Source: Candidatus Helarchaeota archaeon (lineage in GTDB: Archaea; Asgardarchaeota; Lokiarchaeia; Helarchaeales; RDOG01). Taken from it: 64,000 nt of DNA. Where the stretch lies: positions 1,041,432 through 1,105,431 of the forward strand of contig JAHPZH010000001.1 of NCBI GenBank assembly GCA_019058315.1. The letters are read 5' to 3'. A program made the translations under genes and the position numbers. A model generated the notes under the pieces. It saw only the letters and a list, made by a program, of their open reading frames with translations. It searched no databases and was not told the origin of the DNA. Shown one piece after another: positions 30,393 through 40,048 of this stretch. The first letter of the stretch is position 1. Each line of letters begins with the position of its first letter.

Positions 30393-31169
30393 TTACTTTT
30401 TCTGAATATCCAGATATTTACTAAAGATATTCATATAAAGACATTCTTCCGCTGGCATGAAAAAATCGTGTTTTGGTTTTTCTGTTAATTGGACCGGAGC
30501 ACCTCTTATAAGAACAATTGGGATTTGCTCATTAGACTCACCCATAAGTAATTGAGCCGCTGTTGCTAAATCGTCTGCTATAGCTCTAAATGTAAATACT
30601 AATTTTCTACCGTAAAGATCGGGTTTTCCTCGTTCGTCAGATACTGGTTCGATCCCAGATACGGCTAAAGCAGCACCAACTACTCCTCTCTTTAAAGGTT
30701 GAGTTCGGCTGTCACTTAAAACAATGCCGATTTTTTTACCAGTTTTTTCTTGAATTTTTTTTCTTATTTCATGAATAGAAGAAATATCTGGTAAAAGCAC
30801 AACACATCCTAGAGGAGCATTAGACTGATCAACCCCCGCATTTGCTGTTAAACATCCGTATTTTTCACATAAAAGCACATGTTTCACTCCTCCATATATC
30901 TTATCCGCTTCATCAATAACTACTTGTACCATTCCTGGATCCATTTCATAAAGTTTAGCTAAGTCTAAAGCTTGCTTAGATGGTTTAACTTCATTTAAAT
31001 CCACAAAACGACCTTGAGAAATTGCTAATGGAGTTTCTGCTATTACTAATACATCATTATCTTTAAGTTCTAATTTTTCTCGGTTTAAGGTATCCAAAAT
31101 TATTTGGACGATATCATCGCCCTTTTCAATTAGTTTTGTTTTTAATGAAAAGAGGGAAATTTTATTCAT
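30393..31169 (-). CDS. cofE: CofE-family gamma-glutamyl ligase
   Basis: ANAGVDQSN, SDSRTQPLKRG, DLYGRKL, ADDLATAA..MGE. Confidence 0.9.
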   Translation of the reverse strand: MNKISLFSLKTKLIEKGDDIVQIILDTLNREKLELKDNDVLVIAETPLAISQGRFVDLNEVKPSKQALDLAKLYEMDPGMVQVVIDEADKIYGGVKHVLLCEKYGCLTANAGVDQSNAPLGCVVLLPDISSIHEIRKKIQEKTGKKIGIVLSDSRTQPLKRGVVGAALAVSGIEPVSDERGKPDLYGRKLVFTFRAIADDLATAAQLLMGESNEQIPIVLIRGAPVQLTEKPKHDFFMPAEECLYMNIFSKYLDIQKK

Positions 31170-31178
31170 TTTTATTCC

Positions 31179-32012
31179 TCATTTACCCATTCGCAAGGAT
31201 TTTGCCATTTTTACCATTTCTATTTGTGCTTTTACATCGTGTGTACGAATTATATGAGCACCGTTATAAACTGCGATAACAGTTGCAGCAAGAGACCCAT
31301 TCAATCTATTTGATGGATCTGGAATATTTAAAACATCACCAATAAATGATTTTCGAGAAATTCCGACTAAAATAATTTTTTTAAGAGTTCGAAGTGCTTC
31401 TAGAGATTTAATAATTTGTAAATTAAATTCATACGTCTTTGTATTCACCCATCTCCCTATACCAGGGTCTATAATAATTTTATTTTCGTCAATTCCATTA
31501 TTTTTAGCAATATCAATTGATTTTTTCAGTTCATTAATAATCTCATGAATAGTATGACAATCTCCTGGTACTTTTTTAGTAGCCATTAAAATAACCGGAC
31601 AATTATAGTCTGAAATAACTTTTACTATTTTTGAATCAGTTCTAAATCCACTTATATCATTTATTAAGTGTGCTCCAAGGGATAAGGCTTTTTCTGCTAT
31701 GGAAGCATATTGAGTATCAATTGATATAAGGCAATTAGTTATATCCAATATTTTTCTTAATGCAGGTATTAGTCGGTCCTCTTCTTCCTTGATTGAGATC
31801 GCTTCTACGCCAGGTGCAGTAGATCTAGCTCCAATATCTAAAAATTCTGCCCCCTCGTCCTCCATTAATTTCGCTGTATTTATAAGTTTATCTTGAGTTA
31901 CTACAGATCCTTTGTAAAATGATTCTTTACTTAAATTGATAATCCCCATCGTTCGGATTGGATATGAATCACCTATATTTAAATTTAAAATTTGAGTGTT
32001 AATAGAATTCAT
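31179..32012 (-). CDS. folP: Dihydropteroate synthase
   Basis: MGIINLS.ESFY, DIGARSTAP, SIDT, INDISG, DPGIG, GISRKSF, IRTHDV. Confidence 0.92.
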   Translation of the reverse strand: MNSINTQILNLNIGDSYPIRTMGIINLSKESFYKGSVVTQDKLINTAKLMEDEGAEFLDIGARSTAPGVEAISIKEEEDRLIPALRKILDITNCLISIDTQYASIAEKALSLGAHLINDISGFRTDSKIVKVISDYNCPVILMATKKVPGDCHTIHEIINELKKSIDIAKNNGIDENKIIIDPGIGRWVNTKTYEFNLQIIKSLEALRTLKKIILVGISRKSFIGDVLNIPDPSNRLNGSLAATVIAVYNGAHIIRTHDVKAQIEMVKMAKSLRMGK

Positions 32013-32113
32013 TTATTTCAAATCCCAAGAATGATATAATAAAATGAAAAAAATATATGATATTTTTTTTAAAATCTTTCTTAATAAGCTTTTAAAGTTA
32101 ATATAACCCATAA

Positions 32114-32689
32114 TTGATTTCAATGGACTTTAATCAATACTTAGTTAATGGTCTAATTATTTCATTTGGAAGGTTTCTTGACATATTGGCTACATATAGA
32201 GTTACACCAAAGTTAGAGTTAGAAACGAATTATCTTGTTAAAAAACTAGGTTGGATAGGGGGAATTATTCTACAAATTCCTTTAATTATCTTAGGAGCAT
32301 TTTTCAATACTTTCACAATTTTTATTTTTGTTTATAGTTTTCTTATTACTGCTCATAACATTTCAGGATCTTGGCTTGTTAAAGGAATGGGTGAAGAAGA
32401 ATACACAAACATGCTAAAAAATGGAGTTTCAAAGGTTGATAAATTTCGAAATATCGTTCTAGATGAAATGACTCCATTTTTAGTATTTTGTATCCCAAAT
32501 ATGCTAATTTGGTTTTTTTTCTTCCAAACAATCCCTTTTTCTTATAATGTTTTCTTGGATAATACTAATACCTCGTACGTTTTTATGATTACATTTGCTA
32601 TTTTTTTCTTCAGTATAGTGAATACTATTAGAAATATAATTTATTTAATACGGTTAAAAAAGCAAATGAATAAAACAAATAATTCTTAA
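32114..32689 (+). CDS. Multi-pass membrane protein
   Basis: About 5 TM helices, D..TY..LE.N motif. Confidence 0.7.
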   Translation: MISMDFNQYLVNGLIISFGRFLDILATYRVTPKLELETNYLVKKLGWIGGIILQIPLIILGAFFNTFTIFIFVYSFLITAHNISGSWLVKGMGEEEYTNMLKNGVSKVDKFRNIVLDEMTPFLVFCIPNMLIWFFFFQTIPFSYNVFLDNTNTSYVFMITFAIFFFSIVNTIRNIIYLIRLKKQMNKTNNS

Positions 32690-32720
32690 AAAAAGAGTTA
32701 ACAAGGTAATGCTTATTTGA

Positions 32721-33881
32721 TTATTTTAATGATGCCATCTTTTTTCTTTCTTCCCTTCTTTTACGTCTTCTTTCTTTCTTTTCCTCTTCTGCTTTGATAG
32801 CTTCGTTTTTTTCATCCATTATTTTTGCATATAATTCTTCCAATGTGGCTGGAGGGATCATTTTTTTATCCTTTACTCGGAGTTGAATTGCTTCTGAGGG
32901 ACACGTAGTAACGCATAAACCACAACCTATACATCTATCCCTATTTACTATTGAAATATCGTCAACAATTTTTAAAGCTTGCATTTGACAGCGATCAATA
33001 CATGTACCACATCCAGAACATAATTCAGGATTAATTTCCGCATAATAATTTGTTGCGAAATATTCTACTGGTTTGGGAAGTAGCTTCAAACCTGCTAATG
33101 CTCCGCAACAACATCCGCAACAGTTACAGATATATTCTAGCTCTAAAGAGTTTGTCGGTTGTAAGATTAACCCATCTTCTTCATTTTGGCGAATAATTTC
33201 AAGAGCTTCTTCCTTACTAACAGAGCGACCTAAACCTACATTTAATTCTGATTGAGCAAAATTTCCAAATGCAAAACAAGTTTCCTGACGAGAGGTTACT
33301 TTACAAGGTTTGCCTGCTAATTCTGTACTTTTACGACAAATACAAGTTTGTACAGTTATTGGTCCCTCTGTATTTTTAATAAGTTCTTTTAAATCATCAT
33401 AATTCCCTACGATTTTTTCAGAGGATATACTTTGTTCTAAAGGAATAGTTCGTAATTGAGGGGTTTTGGTTTCTGATGTTGAGCTGAAACTCTCAACAGC
33501 ATATCTAAGAAGATCTTCAAGCAATTCTTTTGAAAGTTGATTTATTTGTAACTCATAGATTCCAATTGCATAAAGCATATTATTATAAAGTTTTTTATCT
33601 CCTTCTTTTTTGGAATGAATAAGTCCCTTCTTAACCATGTTATCTAATTTTTTTTCTAATTCTTCAATTGAATATCCTAAGTTTTTCATACGTTCATATA
33701 TATTCTCTAAAGGTTCAGAAGGTGTTGGAGAAAATTTGAGCTTAGTTGCAATTTTAGCTTCTTCAACAGTAAAGAATCTCTTTAATATGCGTAATTCTAT
33801 TCCTGACTTCGTGGGAGGAAATCCAACAGGCATTTTATCTAAGTGTTGTTGTAATTCACGATATACAATATCTTCAGTCAT
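32721..33881 (-). CDS. Iron-sulfur protein with 2[4Fe-4S] ferredoxin domain (paralog A)
   Basis: CICR, CNCCGCCCG, CSGCGTCIDRC, CIGCGLCVTTCP. Confidence 0.88.
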   Translation of the reverse strand: MTEDIVYRELQQHLDKMPVGFPPTKSGIELRILKRFFTVEEAKIATKLKFSPTPSEPLENIYERMKNLGYSIEELEKKLDNMVKKGLIHSKKEGDKKLYNNMLYAIGIYELQINQLSKELLEDLLRYAVESFSSTSETKTPQLRTIPLEQSISSEKIVGNYDDLKELIKNTEGPITVQTCICRKSTELAGKPCKVTSRQETCFAFGNFAQSELNVGLGRSVSKEEALEIIRQNEEDGLILQPTNSLELEYICNCCGCCCGALAGLKLLPKPVEYFATNYYAEINPELCSGCGTCIDRCQMQALKIVDDISIVNRDRCIGCGLCVTTCPSEAIQLRVKDKKMIPPATLEELYAKIMDEKNEAIKAEEEKKERRRKRREERKKMASLK

Positions 33882-33969
33882 TTAATTACCCTTAAATTTA
33901 ATAAGTAATATTATTCATTTACCTTTTAAAAAAAAATAGATTTAAAAAGGTAAAATATATTTGGTTATT

Positions 33970-35127
33970 TTATTTTGCCTTCTTTTTTCTTTCTTCTCTT
34001 TTTTTTCGTCTTCTTTCTCGTTTTTCCTCTTCTGCTTTAAGAATTTCGGTTTTTTCATCTAATATTTTTGTATATAATTCGTCCATAGTAGCTGGAGGGG
34101 TCATTTCTTTATCTTTCACTTGAAGTTGAATTGCTTCTGATGGGCATGTAGGAACGCATAAACCACAACCTATACATCTGTCCCTATTTACTATTGAAAC
34201 ATCATCAACAATTTTTAAAGCTTGCATTTGACAACGATCAATACATGTACCACATCCGGTACACAATTCAGGGTCAATTTCTGCATAATAATTAGTTGCG
34301 AAATATTCTACTGGTTTAGGAAGTAAATTCATTCCTGATAATAATCCACAACAACATGCACAACAGCTACATATATATTCTAGATCCAAAGAATTTGTTG
34401 GTTGTAGGACTAATCCATCTTCCTCATTTTGTCGAATAATTTCAAGAGCCTCTTCCTTACTAACAGAACGCCCTAAGCCCAGATCTAGCTCTGATTGAGC
34501 AAAATCTCCAAATGCAAAACAGGTTTCCTGACGAGAGGTTATTTTACATGGTCTTCCTACAATACTTGTAGCTTTACGACAAATACAAGTTTGCACAGAT
34601 ATTGGTCCCTCTGTATTTTTAATAACTTCTCTTAAGTCATCATAATTGCCAACGATTTTTTCAGATGATATACTCTTTTCTAGAGGAATTGTTCGCAATT
34701 GAGGAGTTTTAGTTCGAAATAATTCTAATCCTAGACCCTCAAAGGCATATTTAAAAAAATCTTCGAGCCATTCCTTTGAAAGGTTATTAATTTGTAGCTC
34801 ATAGATACCAATCGCAAAGACCATATTATTGTAAAGTTTTTTATCACCTACGTTTTTGGAATGTATAAGTCCTTTCTTAACCATTTCATCTAATTTTTTT
34901 TCCAATTCTTCAATTGAGTATCCTAAATCTTTCATACGTTCATATACACTCTCTAATGGTTCGGAAGGTTTTGGAGAATATTTTAGTCTAGTTGCTATTT
35001 TTGCCTCTTCAGGGGTAAATAGACTCTTCAAGATACGTATTTCTACCCCCGACTTCGTAGGAGGATATCCAATAGGCATTTTATCTAAATGTTGTTGTAA
35101 TTCACGATATACAATATCTTCAGTCAT
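33970..35127 (-). CDS. Iron-sulfur protein with 2[4Fe-4S] ferredoxin domain (paralog B)
   Basis: Same motifs; collinear with paralog A from MTEDIVYRELQQHLDKMP. Confidence 0.88.
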   Translation of the reverse strand: MTEDIVYRELQQHLDKMPIGYPPTKSGVEIRILKSLFTPEEAKIATRLKYSPKPSEPLESVYERMKDLGYSIEELEKKLDEMVKKGLIHSKNVGDKKLYNNMVFAIGIYELQINNLSKEWLEDFFKYAFEGLGLELFRTKTPQLRTIPLEKSISSEKIVGNYDDLREVIKNTEGPISVQTCICRKATSIVGRPCKITSRQETCFAFGDFAQSELDLGLGRSVSKEEALEIIRQNEEDGLVLQPTNSLDLEYICSCCACCCGLLSGMNLLPKPVEYFATNYYAEIDPELCTGCGTCIDRCQMQALKIVDDVSIVNRDRCIGCGLCVPTCPSEAIQLQVKDKEMTPPATMDELYTKILDEKTEILKAEEEKRERRRKKREERKKKAK

Positions 35128-35224
35128 TAAATAACCCTCAAATTTTATGAGTATTTAATATTTAATTAAATTGAAAAATTAAAAATATCTAACTGTTTTA
35201 AGTTCAAAATGTGTTTAAAATAAA

Positions 35225-36799
35225 TTAATGCTTAAAGCAACGAATTCCAGTGAAAATCATTGAAATTCCAAGTTCATCAGCTGCTTCAATAACTTCATTA
35301 TCCCTAATTGAACCTCCGGGTTGAATAACCGACTTAACTCCAACCTTTACTGCCTCATCAATTCCATCTCTGAATGGAAAGAAGGCATCAGATGCCATGA
35401 CGCTATCTTGAGCTCTATTTTCCGCTTTCATCGCAGCAATCTTTACTGAATCAACTCTTTTCATTTGCCCAGCTCCAACCCCAATAGTAGCAAAATCCTT
35501 TATAAACAAGATAGCATTGGACTTAACATGTTTTAGAACTTTCCAACCGAATAATAATTCCTTAATTTGAGAACTTGTGGGTTTTTTCTTTGTGACTACT
35601 TTAAAATCTGATTCAGTTATTTCTTTAATATCGCGATCTTGCACTAAAATTCCACCTACGACTTTCTTAAAGTCTAATTCTTTGGATGGCTTACCTAATG
35701 GAATATATCCTGTTTTTAATATTCGAAGATTTTTTTTAGTTTTTAGAATATTTAAGGCTTCTTCTGTATAATCTGGACAAATTACTGCTTCAACAAAAGT
35801 TGATGTTATTTCTTTTGCTGTGCTATCATCTAATTTTCGATTTATTCCTACAATACTCCCAAATGCTGATTTTGGATCACATTCGCGTGCTTTCTTATAT
35901 GCTTCTAGTATATTGGAACCTAATGCGCAACCACATGGATTTGTATGTTTGATAACAACTGCAGCAATTTCTTTAAATTCTCGAATAATATTTAGTGCTG
36001 CATCTAAGTCATAAATATTATTATAAGACAGCTCTTTGCCATGTAATTGGATTGAAGTTGCAATCGAAATTTCTCGAACATTAGGTTCAATATAAAAAGC
36101 AGCTTTTTGATGGGGATTTTCTCCATAACGTAAATTTTGCTTTTTAGAATAAATTAAATTTAATTTTTCTGGAAATAGATCTTCAATTGAGGAAATTTGA
36201 GCATTAAAATAATTAAAAATTATATTATCATATGAAGCTGTATGTTGAAATGCCTCAGTAGCTAGTTTTCTCCGCGTTTCCGAACTTATTCCTCCTTTAT
36301 TTTTTTCCATTTCCTTAATTATTTCAGGATATCTATTAATATTAACCACAACAACAACTGATTCATGATTTTTAGCTGCAGCGCGAATTAGTGTAGGTCC
36401 ACCTATATCAATATTTTCAATGGCATTTTCAATATCTTCATATTTGGTTGAAATTGTTTTTTCAAATGGATAGAGATTAACTACTACCAAATCAATCGGT
36501 TTAATTTTATGCTCAGATAATTGCCTTACATGCTCGATTTTGGATCTTACAGCCAAAATTCCGCCATGGATAATTGGGTGTAGAGTTTTTACTCTTCCAT
36601 CAAGCATTTCGGGAAAATTTGTAATTTCTGATATTTCTTTAACTTCTATATTTGCTTCTTTTATTATTTTTGCAGTATTTCCAGTTGAAATTATTTCAAT
36701 TCCAAATTTTTTTAGGTCTTTAGCAAATTCCTTAATTCCAGTTTTATCTGAAACACTAATGAGTGCCCGTTTTATTTTTATCATAGCTGTTCTTCCCAT
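35225..36799 (-). CDS. purH: Bifunctional AICAR transformylase/IMP cyclohydrolase
   Basis: RALISVSDKTG, GRVKTLHP, IDIGGP, LRYGENPHQ, KHTNPCG, ASDAFFPF, QPGGSIRD. Confidence 0.97.
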   Translation of the reverse strand: MGRTAMIKIKRALISVSDKTGIKEFAKDLKKFGIEIISTGNTAKIIKEANIEVKEISEITNFPEMLDGRVKTLHPIIHGGILAVRSKIEHVRQLSEHKIKPIDLVVVNLYPFEKTISTKYEDIENAIENIDIGGPTLIRAAAKNHESVVVVVNINRYPEIIKEMEKNKGGISSETRRKLATEAFQHTASYDNIIFNYFNAQISSIEDLFPEKLNLIYSKKQNLRYGENPHQKAAFYIEPNVREISIATSIQLHGKELSYNNIYDLDAALNIIREFKEIAAVVIKHTNPCGCALGSNILEAYKKARECDPKSAFGSIVGINRKLDDSTAKEITSTFVEAVICPDYTEEALNILKTKKNLRILKTGYIPLGKPSKELDFKKVVGGILVQDRDIKEITESDFKVVTKKKPTSSQIKELLFGWKVLKHVKSNAILFIKDFATIGVGAGQMKRVDSVKIAAMKAENRAQDSVMASDAFFPFRDGIDEAVKVGVKSVIQPGGSIRDNEVIEAADELGISMIFTGIRCFKH

Positions 36800-36934
36800 T
36801 TACTTAAATAATATTTTAAATAAATTTCCAAGCTATGTTTTTTTTTGAAAATTTATATTATTAATTATATTTTGTCGAGAAATTGAATAAATTATTTTTA
36901 AAAATTAAAAAAAAAATTGTAAAAAGAAGAAATA

Positions 36935-37564
36935 TTATTCTAACGTCTCTTTTTCTTTAGGATAAAATAACAAAGTCTGCTCTCCGTAATTATCACCCCT
37001 TAGAAAGCATCTAGTTTCTTTTTGGACAACATTATAATCATTTTCTACAGTATCTTGCATTAATTGAACTAAAGCTGTTAAAGCATTTCCCAATATTTCG
37101 GCAAATCCTCTTTGTCCAAGTTCATCAAGGTTAATATCCCCTTCTTGAACTGAGGCGCAAACTACACATTTTTTTATTCTTGCCACAATTTTTGGGACAC
37201 CTTCTTCTGATTCTTCAGCAGGAATAAATTTTGGATAATCAAAATACTCAGAATAATTTTTTCCTAAAATTATATACATTGCCAGCTCCCAAACATATAA
37301 TATATCCCTTAAATCTTTTGAAAAAAATATCTTTACCAAGTCCATTACACCATAAAATATATCAAAGGCTGCTGATCGGAATTGATTATTAAGTTCGTCA
37401 AATGCAGCTCCTTGATCTCCTAAAATTTCAGAGTATTTTTGAACAACCACTAATTCCATTAAGGAAAGAAGATATAAGTCCATTTTTCGATATCTCCATC
37501 GCATAAGTTTTTTTCCAACATTACCGAGTTTTTTTCTAAACCAACCAATTTTTTTTCTCGCCAT
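36935..37564 (-). CDS. V4R/TRAPP(Bet3)-like fold protein
   Basis: KCVVC and C-terminal ETRCFLRGD (V4R-type ExxC..G). Confidence 0.55.
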   Translation of the reverse strand: MARKKIGWFRKKLGNVGKKLMRWRYRKMDLYLLSLMELVVVQKYSEILGDQGAAFDELNNQFRSAAFDIFYGVMDLVKIFFSKDLRDILYVWELAMYIILGKNYSEYFDYPKFIPAEESEEGVPKIVARIKKCVVCASVQEGDINLDELGQRGFAEILGNALTALVQLMQDTVENDYNVVQKETRCFLRGDNYGEQTLLFYPKEKETLE

Positions 37565-37572
37565 AAAAACAC

Positions 37573-38145
37573 CTAATAAGTAATTTCTACCTCATGAATA
37601 CAATTCTTGCTTCCAGAACCTCGAGAAGCAATAGTTTCAACTTTAAACTTAATACTGGCTCCTATAATCTTTTTTATTCCCATTGGGTGATTATTTTTAA
37701 CTAACTCATTTAACATAGTTTCTAAGAATCCAGATATGGGGACACAGAAATTTAATCCCTCAATCGGTTCTATTTCTTCTTCTTTTGGACATAGACCACA
37801 ATTTCCATCAGTAATTCTTAATTTTACAGGCCTTTTTAAGTGATCTTTCTCACGAACTTTAACTTTTATTTTTTTATCTTCCCATAACATTACAAAAAAT
37901 TCTTTAATTAATGGAGTAAGTTTTTTCTTTTCCGGCTTATAGACTCTCATTAATCTTTCACTAATTTTACTTCCAATATCTCTTAGGTGAATATTTGCAT
38001 CTTCAGAACCACATTTTTCTGCTATAAATCCAACAATTGCTGGATAAGCCATTTGAGCAACTAAGTGTATTACTTTTCTACCAAAAAGGTCTTCTGGGGT
38101 GCCTCTCATTTTATCCAAAAATAAAGTCATGTTAAACCATCCCAT
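37573..38145 (-). CDS. TRAPP Bet3/V4R-like protein
   Basis: LRDIGSKISERL (Bet3-like), NCGLC, FCVPISGFLE, VET..SRGSG..CIHEV. Confidence 0.6.
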   Translation of the reverse strand: MGWFNMTLFLDKMRGTPEDLFGRKVIHLVAQMAYPAIVGFIAEKCGSEDANIHLRDIGSKISERLMRVYKPEKKKLTPLIKEFFVMLWEDKKIKVKVREKDHLKRPVKLRITDGNCGLCPKEEEIEPIEGLNFCVPISGFLETMLNELVKNNHPMGIKKIIGASIKFKVETIASRGSGSKNCIHEVEITY

Positions 38146-38370
38146 AAATTGGATTTGATAAATATGAATTTAATTTGAAGACATATATAAATAAATCTTT
38201 AGTTAGGCTCTAGCAGAAATAATTCAAAATTAAATTTAATATTGAAACCTTTTTGGCATTTAGATAGTATTGAATTCAAGAGATTGAAATTGAAAGGTTT
38301 AAAAGATAGCAACGGCAGAATAATAATATTGCATTGGAATTTAAAATTAAAATTTTAGTTTGGAGTAATA

Positions 38371-39927
38371 TTGAAAGAAAAAACTTCACCAGTCATGGGA
38401 ATAATTTCATCCAAGTTTACAACAAAAGGACCAGAACCCGAATTTGTAATTCCTCAAGACCTGGATCCGTCTATTGCTACAACGATATCTATAAAAGCAA
38501 TTTCCACAATGGCTGGAGAATCTGACGAGGCAAAAGAAGCAATTTCAGTATTACCCTTTTCTAATATCAAAGCAGATGGTCTAGTTTATTTTTATAAAGT
38601 TACTGCAGCAACTGAACGAGGAGGATCAATGTTTGCTTCCCTTACCATATTAATACACGAGACTGATTCTCCCTTTTTATACCATAATATAGCAAAATTA
38701 AAAGATTTATTGAGTGAAAAAGGGCAGCAAATAAGAGGAGGAGCTCCTTCAGATATCGTTTGTACAGAATTATATAATGAAATTAATGATATAGCAAAAT
38801 ACGAATCTAGTTCACGACAAATCTTGCTAGAATATGGTTTGGATGTTGCAGAAACGGATGCCTACTTTCACATGGTGAATAAAGGACCAGTAGGAGTTGG
38901 TGAGATAGCTATTTCTCTTCAAATTGACCGTGAAAAGGCATCAGATATTATGAAAAAGTTAAATGAAAAAGGACTTATTAAAACTATACCTGGAAAAAAG
39001 CTAGTTTATCAAGCTCTTCCACCATATAGAGCATTGTTGAATCAAATAAACACTTTTATTCCATTTATTCAATCCATTAAAAAAACCATTCCTGAATCAA
39101 CTGAAAATATTGAGGAATTAAATGACAAATATCTTACGTCACTTTCCGAATTAGAAACTCAGATAAAAAAATCATTAACTACAATGGAGGCACTTTTTGA
39201 AGGATCTAAAAGTAAAATAACATTCAAATTCAAAAATTTATGGTTTATTGATGGACCAGAAGCAATGATTGCTGAAATCACTGAAATTATGTGGAAGGCA
39301 AAAACTCGTATTTATATCGTTGCCCCCACTATTGAAAATGTGAATTTATCAATAATTAAAAACTTACCTCAAAAAATATCTATAAGACTTGCAGCTTTTC
39401 TTGATTTTAAGAATCCAAATCATTTAAAAATTGCTCATGAATTAGGGCAGTATAATATAAATTTTAGATTATATAATAAACAAAATTTATGGGGAATTAA
39501 CAGGGATCAGGAAGAAATAATTCTAGGTTCGACTACAAAAGATGGTGATGTTGCGGCAGTTGCTTCTGATGTTAAAGAACAAGTTCAATTATTTGCTCCC
39601 ACTTTAGAAACTGCATGGATCCAAGGAAAACCATTTGATTTAACAGAATTAATAGAAGTGCCAGTTTCTTCTCCATTTCAAGAAATTGAAACGAAAAAAT
39701 TCGAGAGAATTGAAAAAATAGAATCTAAGGAAGAAATTATTGAAACTGACAAAATAGTGCCTAAACCAATTAATAAAACAGAATTTGAGACTCCTAAACT
39801 TGCTTTACCTTCAGACTCAAAAACAAAACAAGTTTTTCAAGACTTAACAAAGGGATTTCAAAAAGTTGAAGAAGAGGAAAAGGAAAAAGCACAGAAGAAA
39901 AAAAAGTTTTGGAAAATTGAAGAGTAA
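38371..39927 (+). CDS. TrmB-family regulator with N-terminal uDENN/longin-like domain and C-terminal PLD-like domain
   Basis: SKFTTKGPEP..VLPF..LVYFY..RGG..ASLTILI; YGL..AE..AYF..GEIA..L.EKGLI..YQALPP (TrmB HTH); NLWGINRDQEE. Confidence 0.7.
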   Translation: MKEKTSPVMGIISSKFTTKGPEPEFVIPQDLDPSIATTISIKAISTMAGESDEAKEAISVLPFSNIKADGLVYFYKVTAATERGGSMFASLTILIHETDSPFLYHNIAKLKDLLSEKGQQIRGGAPSDIVCTELYNEINDIAKYESSSRQILLEYGLDVAETDAYFHMVNKGPVGVGEIAISLQIDREKASDIMKKLNEKGLIKTIPGKKLVYQALPPYRALLNQINTFIPFIQSIKKTIPESTENIEELNDKYLTSLSELETQIKKSLTTMEALFEGSKSKITFKFKNLWFIDGPEAMIAEITEIMWKAKTRIYIVAPTIENVNLSIIKNLPQKISIRLAAFLDFKNPNHLKIAHELGQYNINFRLYNKQNLWGINRDQEEIILGSTTKDGDVAAVASDVKEQVQLFAPTLETAWIQGKPFDLTELIEVPVSSPFQEIETKKFERIEKIESKEEIIETDKIVPKPINKTEFETPKLALPSDSKTKQVFQDLTKGFQKVEEEEKEKAQKKKKFWKIEE

Positions 39928-40048
39928 TAGTTCAGATTAATTCAGTGAAATTTTAATTAATAGTTTTTAAAAATTTTTTTAAATAAATTATTTTTTTTTA
40001 ATAAATAATTACTATTTATTATAATCAATTATAATTGAGGGTTTTCTA

